From Eledone cirrhosa (taxonomy: Eukaryota), in assembly GCA_964016885.1 (NCBI GenBank), contig OZ024742.1, positions 267,406,001 to 267,470,000 of the forward strand: a stretch of DNA of 64,000 nt. The letters run 5' to 3'. Positions 63,943-64,000 of the stretch are shown here, one piece after another. The first letter of the stretch is position 1; the number at the start of each line of letters is the position of its first letter. A program made the position numbers and the translations under genes. Under the pieces are notes generated by a model. The model did no database searches. It worked only from the letters and a program-made list of their open reading frames with translations, and had not been told where the DNA came from.

Positions 63943-64000
<58 letters not shown>

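Overview
Repeat-dense eukaryotic (animal) DNA with no complete host gene. The microsatellite load and SINE types look like a coleoid cephalopod such as Octopus (inference). The window is mostly a nest of retroelements. (i) Five Tx1/L1-group non-LTR elements (E1-E5) sit head-to-tail in two clusters (21.7-36.3 kb, 47.3-53.7 kb), each bounded by (ATCT)n. (ii) A near full-length R4/Dong-like RLE element lies between (TATG)n tracts. (iii) There are several RTE elements, one of them bipartite and non-autonomous. (iv) Many Penelope-like elements (Naiad-like, Neptune-like, pLTR remnants) lie in (TA)n tracts and carry inverted repeats, hammerhead ribozymes and a recurring NRF1-type motif. (v) Two SINE families are present. 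The most unusual signals are (ATCT)n-associated tandem Tx1 insertion, a conserved 5' splice-donor motif overlapping the ORF1 stop codon in all four ORF1-bearing copies, a 67-nt intron-like segment in the Tx1 5'UTR, mosaic Tx1 subfamilies, atypical hammerhead cores, and a 535-bp near-perfect palindrome. Two possible host exons were seen. All alignments and folds were done by eye.
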